44,947 bases of DNA from Gemmatimonadales bacterium (GTDB taxonomy: Bacteria; Gemmatimonadota; Gemmatimonadetes; Gemmatimonadales; GWC2-71-9), in NCBI GenBank assembly GCA_041613315.1, contig JBFJHJ010000029.1:1-44947 (forward strand), in the 5' to 3' direction. Shown here piece after piece: positions 8,283-17,566 of the stretch. The notes below the pieces were generated by a model. That model was given only the letters and a program-made list of their open reading frames with translations, was not told the origin of the DNA and did not search any database. Numbering within the stretch: position 1 is the first letter of the stretch; each line of letters begins with the position of its first letter. The position numbers and the translations under genes are program-made.

Positions 8283-10221
8283 GAAGGAACGCGGCGATCC
8301 CGTCCACGAGCCCGCGCGCGTAGTGCCATTGCCCGGCCTCGCTCGCGAGCACGGCTTCTTGGTCCGGGAGCATCATGAAGAGCCCCTCCGCCAACACCGC
8401 CGGCATCCACGTCGGGCGCGCAAGCGCGAGGTCACCCCGCCCCATCCCCAGGTCGGGGAACCCCAGCTCGCGAACGAGCGCACGGTTGAGGTGGCGGGCG
8501 AGGGGCGCGCTCCGGGGATGGAAGTAATACACGCTCGTGCCGTTGTTCACGTAGGGATTGACGCCATCGGGCAGCGCGTTCGCGTGCACGGAGACCAGGA
8601 CGTCCGCATCGGCCGACTCGGCCAGGCGGGGCCGCGCGACGAGCGCGACCGGCGCATCCGCGTCCCGCGTCAGGATGACGGTCGCCCCCCGCTCCTCCAA
8701 GAGGCGGCGCGCTTTGCGCACAACGCCCAGCACGACGTCGGGCTCCCGGATCCCGGTCGGACCGGTCGCCCCGCCAGGCGGATGGCCCGCATCGAGCGCG
8801 ATGCGGCGTCCCCGCAGCGGCCGCCGAGGATCGATCCGCGGCGGTCGCCGGATCTCCAGCAGGAGATCGCTCCCCACCCAGCGCGTGCGGTAGCCCCAGA
8901 CCGGCTCGGCCAGGGTGACGGTCACGGTCGTCTCGTCCTCGGCCGGCTGGCCGTAGGCGAGGAGCCGCACCAGCGGGTCCGTGCCGCCGTACTGGATCCA
9001 GTCCATGTCGGCCGCCACGCCGTACAGCGTGACGACGAGCTCGCGCTCCGCCTCGTCCACCCGGAATGGGAGACGCGCCGGCAGCGGCATGCGGAGCACG
9101 ACCGACCGTTCGCCGGGAACCAGCCGCACCGACCGGGCGGGCCCGGCGGCGGGCGGGAGGCCCGGGCGAAACGGCTGCACATCAGCGGCGTCCACCCACG
9201 CGGCCGACGCCCGTGAGAGCTGGAGCCGCACCTGGTCGTTCCAGCGGCCGCTCACGCGGGCGATGGTCCCCGTCGGAAAGAACCAGTTGTACGTCCCGTA
9301 CGGCGTCGGGCGACCGGCCAAGATGCTGTCCGTCGTCCCGGTCCCGGCGGTGTCGTCGTTGACGACGATCAGCTGCGGAACGTCGGGCGCCACGATGCCG
9401 AGGCGGAGCGGCCAGCCCGCCCGCGCCGTGTCCGCGCCCACGATCACCTCCAATTGCGCCCAGCTGGAATCGTCCGGTGGCGGCGGCGGCGGCGGGAACA
9501 TGACGGGTCCCGGGTCGGGACCAAAGGATCGCGCCCACCACGTGACATAGCGCCCGCTGATCGGCGGGCGCACGGGCGGGGATGTCGTCCCGAACGCGAT
9601 CTGTCCCCATGGGAGGTCGGCGGGCGCCTGATCCTCGATGAACGGGATTGTATCGCCCGACGGCGCGATGGTGCGCACGGTCGCCCCGGGCGCCGCGCGT
9701 ACCGACAGCCGGAGCCCCTCCCCCGGCTGGATCCAGCGGTCCCCCGACGGGCGGAAGGACGTCGTATCGATCCACGCGGCGGCGATGGCCGGTGTGAACC
9801 CGCGATTGACGCGGGCCACGTAGGTCAGACGCGCCGTGTCCGCTCCCGCCGCGGCCACCAGGTCGAACGTCGCGACGCTATCATCGGGTAGTGCCACCCA
9901 CGCAATCCAGCCGCCGGTCGGATAGACCGGGATGCGACGGCCGTTGAGCGTGAGGACGGCATCGGTTCGACCGACGGAGCCGAAGATGAACGTCGAGTCC
10001 CGAGCTTGGATGCGAAACGTGGAATCGGCGACCAAGGCCCACCACTCACCCGCGCCAACGCTCGCGCGCCCCTGGGGCGGTGGGTACACGACGCGGAGGG
10101 CGAGCGGACCGCGAGCGGGACTGGGCGCCACGCGGGCGATCGCCGGACCGCCCGACCCCGCACAGGCGACCGCTCCCAGGAGGAGCACGCAGATGCACGC
10201 GGCCGGGCGCGGAGGCGTCAT
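8257..10221 (-). CDS. N-acetylmuramoyl-L-alanine amidase (Amidase_3), probable lipoprotein
   Basis: Lipobox-like LLGAVAC; C-terminal IALDAGH...E...SVHANA...VLAEG Zn-amidase motifs. Confidence 0.9.
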   Translation of the reverse strand: MTPPRPAACICVLLLGAVACAGSGGPAIARVAPSPARGPLALRVVYPPPQGRASVGAGEWWALVADSTFRIQARDSTFIFGSVGRTDAVLTLNGRRIPVYPTGGWIAWVALPDDSVATFDLVAAAGADTARLTYVARVNRGFTPAIAAAWIDTTSFRPSGDRWIQPGEGLRLSVRAAPGATVRTIAPSGDTIPFIEDQAPADLPWGQIAFGTTSPPVRPPISGRYVTWWARSFGPDPGPVMFPPPPPPPDDSSWAQLEVIVGADTARAGWPLRLGIVAPDVPQLIVVNDDTAGTGTTDSILAGRPTPYGTYNWFFPTGTIARVSGRWNDQVRLQLSRASAAWVDAADVQPFRPGLPPAAGPARSVRLVPGERSVVLRMPLPARLPFRVDEAERELVVTLYGVAADMDWIQYGGTDPLVRLLAYGQPAEDETTVTVTLAEPVWGYRTRWVGSDLLLEIRRPPRIDPRRPLRGRRIALDAGHPPGGATGPTGIREPDVVLGVVRKARRLLEERGATVILTRDADAPVALVARPRLAESADADVLVSVHANALPDGVNPYVNNGTSVYYFHPRSAPLARHLNRALVRELGFPDLGMGRGDLALARPTWMPAVLAEGLFMMLPDQEAVLASEAGQWHYARGLVDGIAAFLRERAAVQR

Positions 10222-10229
10222 GGTCGCGG

Positions 10230-10259
10230 AACCTACTCATTTACAACGAGCTACGTCAA
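10230..10259 (-). promoter_or_regulatory. Sigma70 promoter of the amidase operon (probably leaderless mRNA)
   Basis: Minus strand TTGACG-N18-TAGGTT with only 8 nt before the ATG; no SD. Confidence 0.55.
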
Positions 10260-10269
10260 TTTGCGATGG

Positions 10270-10298
10270 TTGACCCCCTCCTCGGCGGAGCGTAGATT
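10270..10298 (+). promoter_or_regulatory. Sigma70 promoter of the FHA/kinase operon
   Basis: TTGACC-N17-TAGATT. Confidence 0.65.
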
Positions 10299-10431
10299 GG
10301 CCTCCGCTTCGCGTCTTTCATCGGAACCGGTCTGGCGCGTCCGCCGGTCTCGGCCGCTGGGCCGGTGAACACGGTATGCGTGACCGGTTCGTCACCTCAC
10401 CGGCCGCCCGCGTCCGCCCCCGCATCAAGGC

Positions 10432-11355
10432 GTGGTCGTCGTGACCGACTCCTCTTCGCCGTCCGGCATCGGCGCGACCGGCCCCCGCGCCTCCGGGTGT
10501 CCCGTGTGCGCGCGCCGCCTGACGCCCGATGAGCGGTTCTGCCCGGCGTGCGGGACGGCCCTCAGCTCGGCCGCATCGGGGCGCCGGTGCGGTTCGTGTG
10601 GGGCGCCCGTGGCGGCCGCAGTGAGGTTCTGCGGCGCCTGCGGCGTTGAACTGGACGGCACGCTTGGGGGGATGCCTGACACGCGGGAATACGCCGTCGC
10701 GGACGCGCGCGGCGGGTGCAGCGTGGCGCGGCTCGACGATGACGGGAAGGCCGTGAGCCGCTTTCCCCTTCGAGTCGGGGAGACGACCGTCGGCCGCGAG
10801 GGCGCCGACCTCGAGTTTGCGGGCGACGCGTTCCAGTCGCCGCTCCACGCCGTACTCATCGTGCGCAACGGTGCGGTGAGCGTGCGGGATCTGGGGAGCC
10901 GCAACGGCACCTGGGTCTTCATTACCGAGCCGCACCGGCTCATCGATGGTGACCGGGTGCTCATCGGTTCCCAACTCTTGCTGTACCGCCGCCTGGGGTA
11001 TCCCGGTCCGCGTCCGCCAGAGCAGGACGCCACGCGCCGTATGGGGAGCCTGCTCCCGAGCGCGGATATCGCGTGCTTGATCCAGCTTCGCGCGGACGGG
11101 TCCGAGCGAGACGTGCTCCACCTCTCGCCGGGCCGCACCGTCATGCTCGGGCGCGAGGGGGGAGCGTGGAATTTTCCGTATGACCCGTCCATGAGCAGCA
11201 CGCACGCGGAGGTCCGATCCGAAGACGCGGACTTCGTGATCGCCGACCTCGGGAGTCGCAACGGCGTCGCGCTGGAGGTGCGCGGCGAAGTGCCGCTCCC
11301 GCGCGACGCGACGCTCATGATCGGCGACACCCTGCTGCGGGTGGAGCAGCCGTGA
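10432..11355 (+). CDS. Double-zinc-ribbon, tandem FHA domain protein
   Basis: Four CxxC pairs (CPVC/CPAC/CGSC/CGAC); two FHA domains, each with GR, SxxH and DLGSRNG. Start may be 10441. Confidence 0.9.
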   Translation: MVVVTDSSSPSGIGATGPRASGCPVCARRLTPDERFCPACGTALSSAASGRRCGSCGAPVAAAVRFCGACGVELDGTLGGMPDTREYAVADARGGCSVARLDDDGKAVSRFPLRVGETTVGREGADLEFAGDAFQSPLHAVLIVRNGAVSVRDLGSRNGTWVFITEPHRLIDGDRVLIGSQLLLYRRLGYPGPRPPEQDATRRMGSLLPSADIACLIQLRADGSERDVLHLSPGRTVMLGREGGAWNFPYDPSMSSTHAEVRSEDADFVIADLGSRNGVALEVRGEVPLPRDATLMIGDTLLRVEQP

Positions 11356-12959
11356 AGACCTGCCCCGTCTGCGGAGGCCGTCATCCCGACGACGTGCTGT
11401 TTTGCCCGCAGGACGGGAGCGCGCTTCGCAGCGACGGCGCCGAGCTGCTCGGGGGCGTGATCGCCGAACGCTACAAGATCGTCGAGAAGATCGGGGAGGG
11501 GGGGATGGGAACCGTGTATCTCGGCGTGCACGTGAAGATGGGCCGCAAGAGCGCGATCAAGATCATGTCCCGCGCCATGGCGCGCGATCCCGACGCCGTC
11601 GCCCGATTCAATCGAGAGGCCGCCAACGCCGCCCGGATCAGCCATCCCAACGTGTGCGCGATCTACGACTTCGGCGACACCCGGGACGGCATCATCTATC
11701 TGGCGATGGAGTTCGTCGAGGGCCAGCCGCTCTCCGCGCTGCTCCGGCCCAACCGCGGGCTCCCGCCCAACCGCGCCACCGCCATCCTCGAGCAAACGGC
11801 CGCGGCGCTCGAGGCCGCGCACGAACTCGGGATCGTCCACCGGGACCTCAAGCCCGACAACATCATGCTGGCCCGAACGCGGGACGGCGACGAGGTGGTG
11901 AAGGTCGTGGACTTCGGCATCGCCAAAGCCGCCGGGGGCGAGGAAGGACAGGACGTGACCCGCACCGGCTTCGTGGTGGGAACGCCGGAGTACATGAGTC
12001 CCGAGCAGCTCACGGGTGGCGCTCTGGACGGCCGGAGCGACATTTACGCCCTGGGAATCGTGCTGTTCCGGATGCTCACGGGGACCCTTCCCTTCCAGGC
12101 GGCGAGTCCGCGGGAGGCCATGGTCAAGCGACTCATCGACCCGCCGCTCTCGCTCGGCGAGGCCGCGCCCGGACGCCCGTTCCCGCCCGGGCTGCAGCGC
12201 GCGCTGGACCGCGCCCTCTCGCACGCGCCCGACGACCGGTACGCGAGCGCCGGGGCGTTCGCTCGGGACGTCCGCGAGGCGCTGGGTGCCGGCGCGGGCC
12301 GTGCGGCGGACGGCGACGCCGCCACGCTGATGATGGCCCCGGACCACAAGACCGTGGCGACGACCCGAGTGCGGCCGACGCCGGCGGCCCCGGAACCGGC
12401 GCCGGCGGCGCACGCCCGCGCCGACCCGCGATCCATGCGGGCGCGCCGCGCGGTGGCGTACACCGGGGCGGTGGTCTTGCTGGCGGCGGGTGCCACCGCG
12501 GTCGTGATCGCGGGGGGCGCGGGTGGCGGCGGTGCGAGCGGCCCAACGGCGGCCGAGTCGCTGGGGGTGGCGCCCGGGAGCGATAGGGCGGCCGGGGAAA
12601 TCGAGCGCGCACCTGCGGGCGCGCGTGCCGACGCGGAAACGGCCGACGGCGCCGGCGCCCGTCCGCCCGGGGTGGACACCGCCGCCGTCGCTGCACAGAT
12701 CGTGGTCGTGGGACGGCGCATCGCGGAGTCGGCCACGCGCGGGGCGGCCAGGGACCAACTGCGCCAGTGGCACGACAATGCCCGCCTGCCGGCGTTCCTG
12801 CGGGCGCGGGCGGCCTCCTACGTGGCCGAGTCGTACGACGCCGAGCACGATCGCCGGCCGGCAGAGGCCTGCCGCTGGATCGACCGCGCGATCGCCCTCG
12901 ATCCGACGAACGACATCTATCGCCAGACGCGAACCATCATCCTGGGCTGCGCGCCGTGA
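11352..12959 (+). CDS. Hanks-type Ser/Thr kinase with N-terminal Zn ribbon, TM and short extracytoplasmic helical domain
   Basis: CPVC...CPQDG; IGEGGMGTV, SAIK, HRDLKPDN, DFGIA, GTPEYMSPEQ; GTGA overlap with the upstream gene. Confidence 0.93.
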   Translation: MKTCPVCGGRHPDDVLFCPQDGSALRSDGAELLGGVIAERYKIVEKIGEGGMGTVYLGVHVKMGRKSAIKIMSRAMARDPDAVARFNREAANAARISHPNVCAIYDFGDTRDGIIYLAMEFVEGQPLSALLRPNRGLPPNRATAILEQTAAALEAAHELGIVHRDLKPDNIMLARTRDGDEVVKVVDFGIAKAAGGEEGQDVTRTGFVVGTPEYMSPEQLTGGALDGRSDIYALGIVLFRMLTGTLPFQAASPREAMVKRLIDPPLSLGEAAPGRPFPPGLQRALDRALSHAPDDRYASAGAFARDVREALGAGAGRAADGDAATLMMAPDHKTVATTRVRPTPAAPEPAPAAHARADPRSMRARRAVAYTGAVVLLAAGATAVVIAGGAGGGGASGPTAAESLGVAPGSDRAAGEIERAPAGARADAETADGAGARPPGVDTAAVAAQIVVVGRRIAESATRGAARDQLRQWHDNARLPAFLRARAASYVAESYDAEHDRRPAEACRWIDRAIALDPTNDIYRQTRTIILGCAP

Positions 12960-13990
12960 AATTGTTCGGATCGAAGGACACCCCCGTCACGATCGAGGTC
13001 TTCGCGAAGACCGACGTCGGTCGCACGCGCGATCACAACGAGGATTGCTTCCTGGTGGCCGATCTCACCACCGAGCGGGCGTCGCTCCAGCCCGAGGTGC
13101 GGCGCCACACGCTGGGCGCCAAGGGCACGCTGTTGGTGGTGGCGGACGGCATGGGCGGCGCCGCGGCCGGCGAGGTCGCCAGCGCGATGGCCGCCAGGAC
13201 GATCTACGAGCATCTCGTGGCGTACTGGCTGCCCGACCGGGAGAGCACGCCGCAGCAGTTCGCGTTTCGGCTCAAGGAGGCCGTGGAACTGGCCAACGAG
13301 CGGATCCACGCCTATGCGAAAGAGCACCCCAACTTGCGCGGGATGGGCACGACGACCACCGCGGCCGGCGTGCTGGAAGACCACCTGTACCTGACGCAGG
13401 TGGGCGACTCCCGCGCCTATCTCATCCGCGGCGGCGAGGGAATCCAGCTGACCAAGGACCAGTCGCTCATGCAGCGGCTCGTTGACGCGGGAGAGATCAC
13501 CGAGGAAGAGGCGGAACGGAGCGAGCGTCGGAACATCATTCTCCAAGCCTTGGGGCCGGACGCCCACGTGCGGGTGGACCTCACCACGCAACAGCTCCGT
13601 CGGGGCGACGCACTCGTGCTCTGCTCCGACGGCCTTTCGGGACAGGTGCCGCGAGAGGAGATCACGAGCGTCGTCTCGCAGCAGAAAGATCTGGTGGCGA
13701 TCTGCAGCGAACTGATCGATCTCGCGAACGCGCGCGGTGGGCCAGACAACATCACGGTCGTGGTGGCGCGCTTCGAGGGCGAAAGCCTAGGGGAGCCCAG
13801 CGGCGCAGAGGAGGTGGGCCACAAGGTCTATCCGCTGCTGGACCCCGAGTCCACGACCGAGCCCGTGCCGATCTACCGCGGGAGCCCGCCGCCCCTCCCG
13901 AAGGACACGCGAAAGCTCGTGCTGGCGAGTGGGCTCGCGGCCGCCATCGTCTTGGCCGCGCTGTTCCTCGCCATCGGCGGGCTGTCGTGA
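12956..13990 (+). CDS. PP2C (Stp1/PrpC-type) Ser/Thr phosphatase with C-terminal membrane anchor
   Basis: Start moved to GTG 12956 (GTGA overlap); TDVGRTRDHNED, VADGMGG, VGDSRAY, LCSDGL, GGPDNIT; hydrophobic C-terminus. Confidence 0.93.
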   Translation: MKLFGSKDTPVTIEVFAKTDVGRTRDHNEDCFLVADLTTERASLQPEVRRHTLGAKGTLLVVADGMGGAAAGEVASAMAARTIYEHLVAYWLPDRESTPQQFAFRLKEAVELANERIHAYAKEHPNLRGMGTTTTAAGVLEDHLYLTQVGDSRAYLIRGGEGIQLTKDQSLMQRLVDAGEITEEEAERSERRNIILQALGPDAHVRVDLTTQQLRRGDALVLCSDGLSGQVPREEITSVVSQQKDLVAICSELIDLANARGGPDNITVVVARFEGESLGEPSGAEEVGHKVYPLLDPESTTEPVPIYRGSPPPLPKDTRKLVLASGLAAAIVLAALFLAIGGLS

Positions 13991-13997
13991 CCCCGCG

Positions 13998-15434
13998 GTG
14001 AAGGCGCAGCTCTGGATCCTCACCGGCGTCCACGCCGGGCACATCGAAGTCTTCTCCAACGCCTACATCGCGGCGGGGCGACACCCCGCCTCGGACCTGC
14101 GGTTCGATCCCGATCGCGAGCTCGACGTGTCGGCGCGCCACGCGGCGATCGTGCGGCGCGACGACCAGTGGTTCGTGCAGGACGTCGGGAGCCGCAACGG
14201 AACGTTCGTGAACGGCCGCCGCATCACCGGCGAGACGCGACTCAGCGACACCGACCAGATTCGATTGGGGGAGCACGGACCACTGATCGAATTCCGGCTC
14301 GCCCCCGACGCCACGCCCGACGGCGTGTCGAGGCCGCTCGCGACGCACGGGACGCGTCCCACGCTGCCGACGGCGGCGGCCGATCTTCGCCCCACGGGGG
14401 ACCCCCGTGGAGCCCGCGTGAGCACAACGACGCGGATCCGCCTCGAAGTGGGTCGTCAGACCCGCGTTCTGCGCCGCTTCGCCGCGATCCTCGCCGTCCT
14501 GCTCGTCGCGGCCGGTGTGGGCGTCATCCTGTCGGCGCGCCGACAGGACACGGCCCGCGCGCGTGACGTGGCGGCGATCCAGGCCAGGACCGACAGCCTG
14601 CTGCGCACCGCCGACAACGTGCTGCGCGCGCTCCAGGGCCAAGTCGAAGGGCTTTCCGTCGCGCTGCGCCAGTCCCAGGCGCTGGTGGAGCGCCTCCAGC
14701 GAGAGCTCGCGGGTGCGCAGCGCAGCGGATCTCCCGCGGAGGTGGAGACCCTCACGCGGCAGCTACAGGAGGCGACCGAGGCGTTGCACTATCGCCAGCT
14801 CGCCGCGCTGGTCGATTACCGGGAGATCGCCAACCGCAACCAGGCGGCGGTGGCGCTGCTCTGGGCGGAATTCACGCCAGGCGAGGTAGTGACCGGGACG
14901 GCGTTTGCAGTGCGGGCCGATGGCGTGCTGCTCACCAATCGCCACGTCGTGGCCGGCCCCGAGGGCACGCGGCGACCCACCCGCCTCGCGGTGAAGTTCG
15001 CCGACTCGCGGCAAGTCTGGCCGGCGCGCCTCCTCAGTGTGGGTCGAGACGCCGACGTAGCGACGGTGCAGGTCGACGTCCGCGGTGGGGTCCCCACGGT
15101 GCGCGGCCTCAACCGGCGACCCGACACGCTGCGGCAAGGCGACCCCGTGGCCGTGATCGGTTTCCCCCTGGGCCCCGACCTCCCGATGTCAGGCAGCGGT
15201 GCCACGGCCATCGCCCGGACCACGTTCACCGCTGGGTCGGTGAGCAAGGTGCTGGACGACCTGATCCAGATAGACGGCTACGGCACCCACGGCGCGAGCG
15301 GGAGTCCGATCCTCGACCGGAACGGCGAGGTGGTGGCAATCCTGTTCGCCGGCCAGCCGGGCACCAGCGGGCGGATCGTCTTCGGCGTCCCGGCGACGTT
15401 TGCGCTGAGTCTGGTGGATTCGGCGAAAGAGTGA
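13998..15434 (+). CDS. FHA-TM-coiled-coil-trypsin-like serine protease
   Basis: FHA (AGRH, VSARHA, SRNGTFVN); TM FAAILAVLLVAAGVGVILS; heptad region; catalytic triad motifs TNRHV, DADVA, GASGSP. Confidence 0.88.
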   Translation: MKAQLWILTGVHAGHIEVFSNAYIAAGRHPASDLRFDPDRELDVSARHAAIVRRDDQWFVQDVGSRNGTFVNGRRITGETRLSDTDQIRLGEHGPLIEFRLAPDATPDGVSRPLATHGTRPTLPTAAADLRPTGDPRGARVSTTTRIRLEVGRQTRVLRRFAAILAVLLVAAGVGVILSARRQDTARARDVAAIQARTDSLLRTADNVLRALQGQVEGLSVALRQSQALVERLQRELAGAQRSGSPAEVETLTRQLQEATEALHYRQLAALVDYREIANRNQAAVALLWAEFTPGEVVTGTAFAVRADGVLLTNRHVVAGPEGTRRPTRLAVKFADSRQVWPARLLSVGRDADVATVQVDVRGGVPTVRGLNRRPDTLRQGDPVAVIGFPLGPDLPMSGSGATAIARTTFTAGSVSKVLDDLIQIDGYGTHGASGSPILDRNGEVVAILFAGQPGTSGRIVFGVPATFALSLVDSAKE

Positions 15435-15451
15435 GCTGGTCTCGAAAACGG

Positions 15452-16567
15452 TTACGCCGGCGTCACACACCCCAGCACCCGCGGCCCGCTCGCCCCGGTC
15501 GCTCCCGGCACGTTCCCCGGCAGCCCTTCCAGCGTACGCCACCCGAGGTAGGCGAACGTCACCGCTTCCTTGGCGTCGCCGTCGAAGAACACGTCGTCGA
15601 AGCGAAGGATCTCCCACGTCGGCAGCGCCTCGCTGAGCCGACGCATGACGACGGGATTCCGTACCCCACCTCCGGAGACCACGAGATCCCGTTCCGCCGC
15701 GCGCGGGAGCCACCGCTCCAGGTGCGACGCGATCGTGCGCACGGTGAGTTCCAACGCCGTGGCCACCGCGTCGTCGTCCCCACCGCCCCCCGCGCGCACG
15801 CCGTCCAGGAGCTCCGCGGCGAAGACGTCCCCGAAAACTTCTCGACCGGTGCTCTTGGGTGGTGGCGCGGCGAAGTACGGATGCGCCAAGAGCGGCTCGA
15901 GGACACCGGCCGCGGGGCGCCCGCGGGCCGCTCGGGCGCCGCCCGTATCGAAGCGCGCCGCGGGATCTACCAGTCGCGTGACGCCGTCGATGACCGCGTT
16001 GCCGGGTCCCGTGTCGAACGCCACGACACCGTCCATGTCGCCCCGGCGCGGCACCCAGGTCGCGTTGGCCATGCCCCCGATGTTGAGGAGCGCGCGGCCC
16101 CGCACGGCGTGACCGAAGAGCATCACGTCACCGATCGACACGAGGGGTGCCCCTTGCCCGCCGGCGGCGACGTCGCGGGTGCGAAATCCGCTGACCACGC
16201 GGACCCCGACCCGCTCCGCGATCACCGCCGGGCAGCCGAGCTGGAGCGTCGCCCGGCCCGGTTCGTGCCAGACGGTCTGGCCGTGCGACGCGACGAACGC
16301 GAGGTCGGCGGGGCGGTGTCCCGCATCTGCCACGACCGCAAGCGCTGCGTCGGCGAGGCGCTCGCCCAGAGAGACGTCCAACAGCGCCATCCCGCGAGCC
16401 GACCCTCGTGCGATGGCCTCCAGCACGGCGGATCGGTCGGCGGGTGCAAAGGGAATCGTGCGGAACGCGCGCAGGCGGACGTCGTGCGGCCCTGCGACGT
16501 CGACGAGCGCCGCGTCCACGCCGTCCAGCGACGTGCCGGACATGAGCCCGACGGCCAGCGGGCTCAT
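15452..16567 (-). CDS. anmK: Anhydro-N-acetylmuramic acid kinase
   Basis: GLMSGTSLDGVD, SHGQT, GGQGAPL, NIGGMAN, FDTGPGN, PKSTGRE, KEA; ATGA overlap with the murQ stop. Confidence 0.95.
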   Translation of the reverse strand: MSPLAVGLMSGTSLDGVDAALVDVAGPHDVRLRAFRTIPFAPADRSAVLEAIARGSARGMALLDVSLGERLADAALAVVADAGHRPADLAFVASHGQTVWHEPGRATLQLGCPAVIAERVGVRVVSGFRTRDVAAGGQGAPLVSIGDVMLFGHAVRGRALLNIGGMANATWVPRRGDMDGVVAFDTGPGNAVIDGVTRLVDPAARFDTGGARAARGRPAAGVLEPLLAHPYFAAPPPKSTGREVFGDVFAAELLDGVRAGGGGDDDAVATALELTVRTIASHLERWLPRAAERDLVVSGGGVRNPVVMRRLSEALPTWEILRFDDVFFDGDAKEAVTFAYLGWRTLEGLPGNVPGATGASGPRVLGCVTPA

Positions 16568-17490
16568 TCCTCGACGGGGGGGGGAGCCCCCGCCGCCGTG
16601 CGCACGACACCGCTGGCCGCGGCCAGCAGCCGGGCGGCCTCCGCGGCGTCCACACCGCGGCGCACCATCACGATCGCCGTCTTGACGCTGCCCTCCGCAG
16701 CACGGATCGCGCGCCGCGCATCCTCGCGGGACACGCGGCATGCTTCCATGACAATCCGCTCTCCACGGTCGTGGAGCTTCTCACTCCAGGCCCGCAGGTC
16801 CACCATCAGATTGCCGTACGCCTTTCCCAGTCGCACCATCGCGCCCGTCGTGATCGTGTTGAGGATGAGCTTCGTCGCGGTGCCAGCCTTGAGGCGCGTG
16901 GAGCCGGTGAGCGCCTCGGGCCCGACCCGCGCCACGAGCATCGCGTCGCACATAGCGTCCATGCCGGCCGGCGGGTCGGTGCAGGTGAGGAAGACGGTGC
17001 GGGCGCCACGCGCGCGGGCCCGCTCCAGCGCCGCCCGCACGTAGGGGGTCGTCCCGCTGGCGGCGATGCCGAGCACGACGTCGGCCGGACCGACCACGTG
17101 GGCGTCCATCGCGGCGGCGCCCGCAGCGGCGTCGTCTTCCGCGCCCTCCTGGCTGCGCACCAGCGCGTCGCGGCCCCCGGCGATGACGCCCACGATCATC
17201 TCCGGCGGCGTGCCGAAGGTGGGCGGGCATTCGGCGGCGTCGAGCACGCCGAGCCGCCCGCTGGTGCCGGCGCCGACGTACGCGAGCCGCCCGCCGGCGC
17301 GGAACGCCTCCGTCACCAGATCGATCACGCGGGCGATGTCCCGGCGGATCTCATGGACGACCGCCGCCACCGTGCGGTCCTCCGCGTTCAGCAAGTCCAC
17401 GATCTCCAGCGACGTGGCGCCGTCGATCTCCGTCGTCCGGGGATTGCGGCGTTCGGTGAGTCGGTGATCGAGGAAGTCGGGTCTGGACAT
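16564..17490 (-). CDS. murQ: N-acetylmuramic acid 6-phosphate etherase
   Basis: TERRNP, GAGTSGRLGVLDAAECPPTFG, EGAED, GPEALTGSTRLKAGTA, GNLMVD. Confidence 0.95.
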   Translation of the reverse strand: MSRPDFLDHRLTERRNPRTTEIDGATSLEIVDLLNAEDRTVAAVVHEIRRDIARVIDLVTEAFRAGGRLAYVGAGTSGRLGVLDAAECPPTFGTPPEMIVGVIAGGRDALVRSQEGAEDDAAAGAAAMDAHVVGPADVVLGIAASGTTPYVRAALERARARGARTVFLTCTDPPAGMDAMCDAMLVARVGPEALTGSTRLKAGTATKLILNTITTGAMVRLGKAYGNLMVDLRAWSEKLHDRGERIVMEACRVSREDARRAIRAAEGSVKTAIVMVRRGVDAAEAARLLAAASGVVRTAAGAPPPVEE

Positions 17491-17566
17491 CGTCCGCCGG
17501 AGGTGCGTGTTACATTCCTGCGGAATCTCCACCCTCTCCCTGGTCCGGTCAACGAGGAGCCATCGC

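Noticed and set aside
10432..15434. Type VI secretion regulatory cluster (ppkA/pppA/fha)
   Set aside because: No tss core genes in the window, and the domain architectures (Zn ribbons, trypsin) differ from T6SS components
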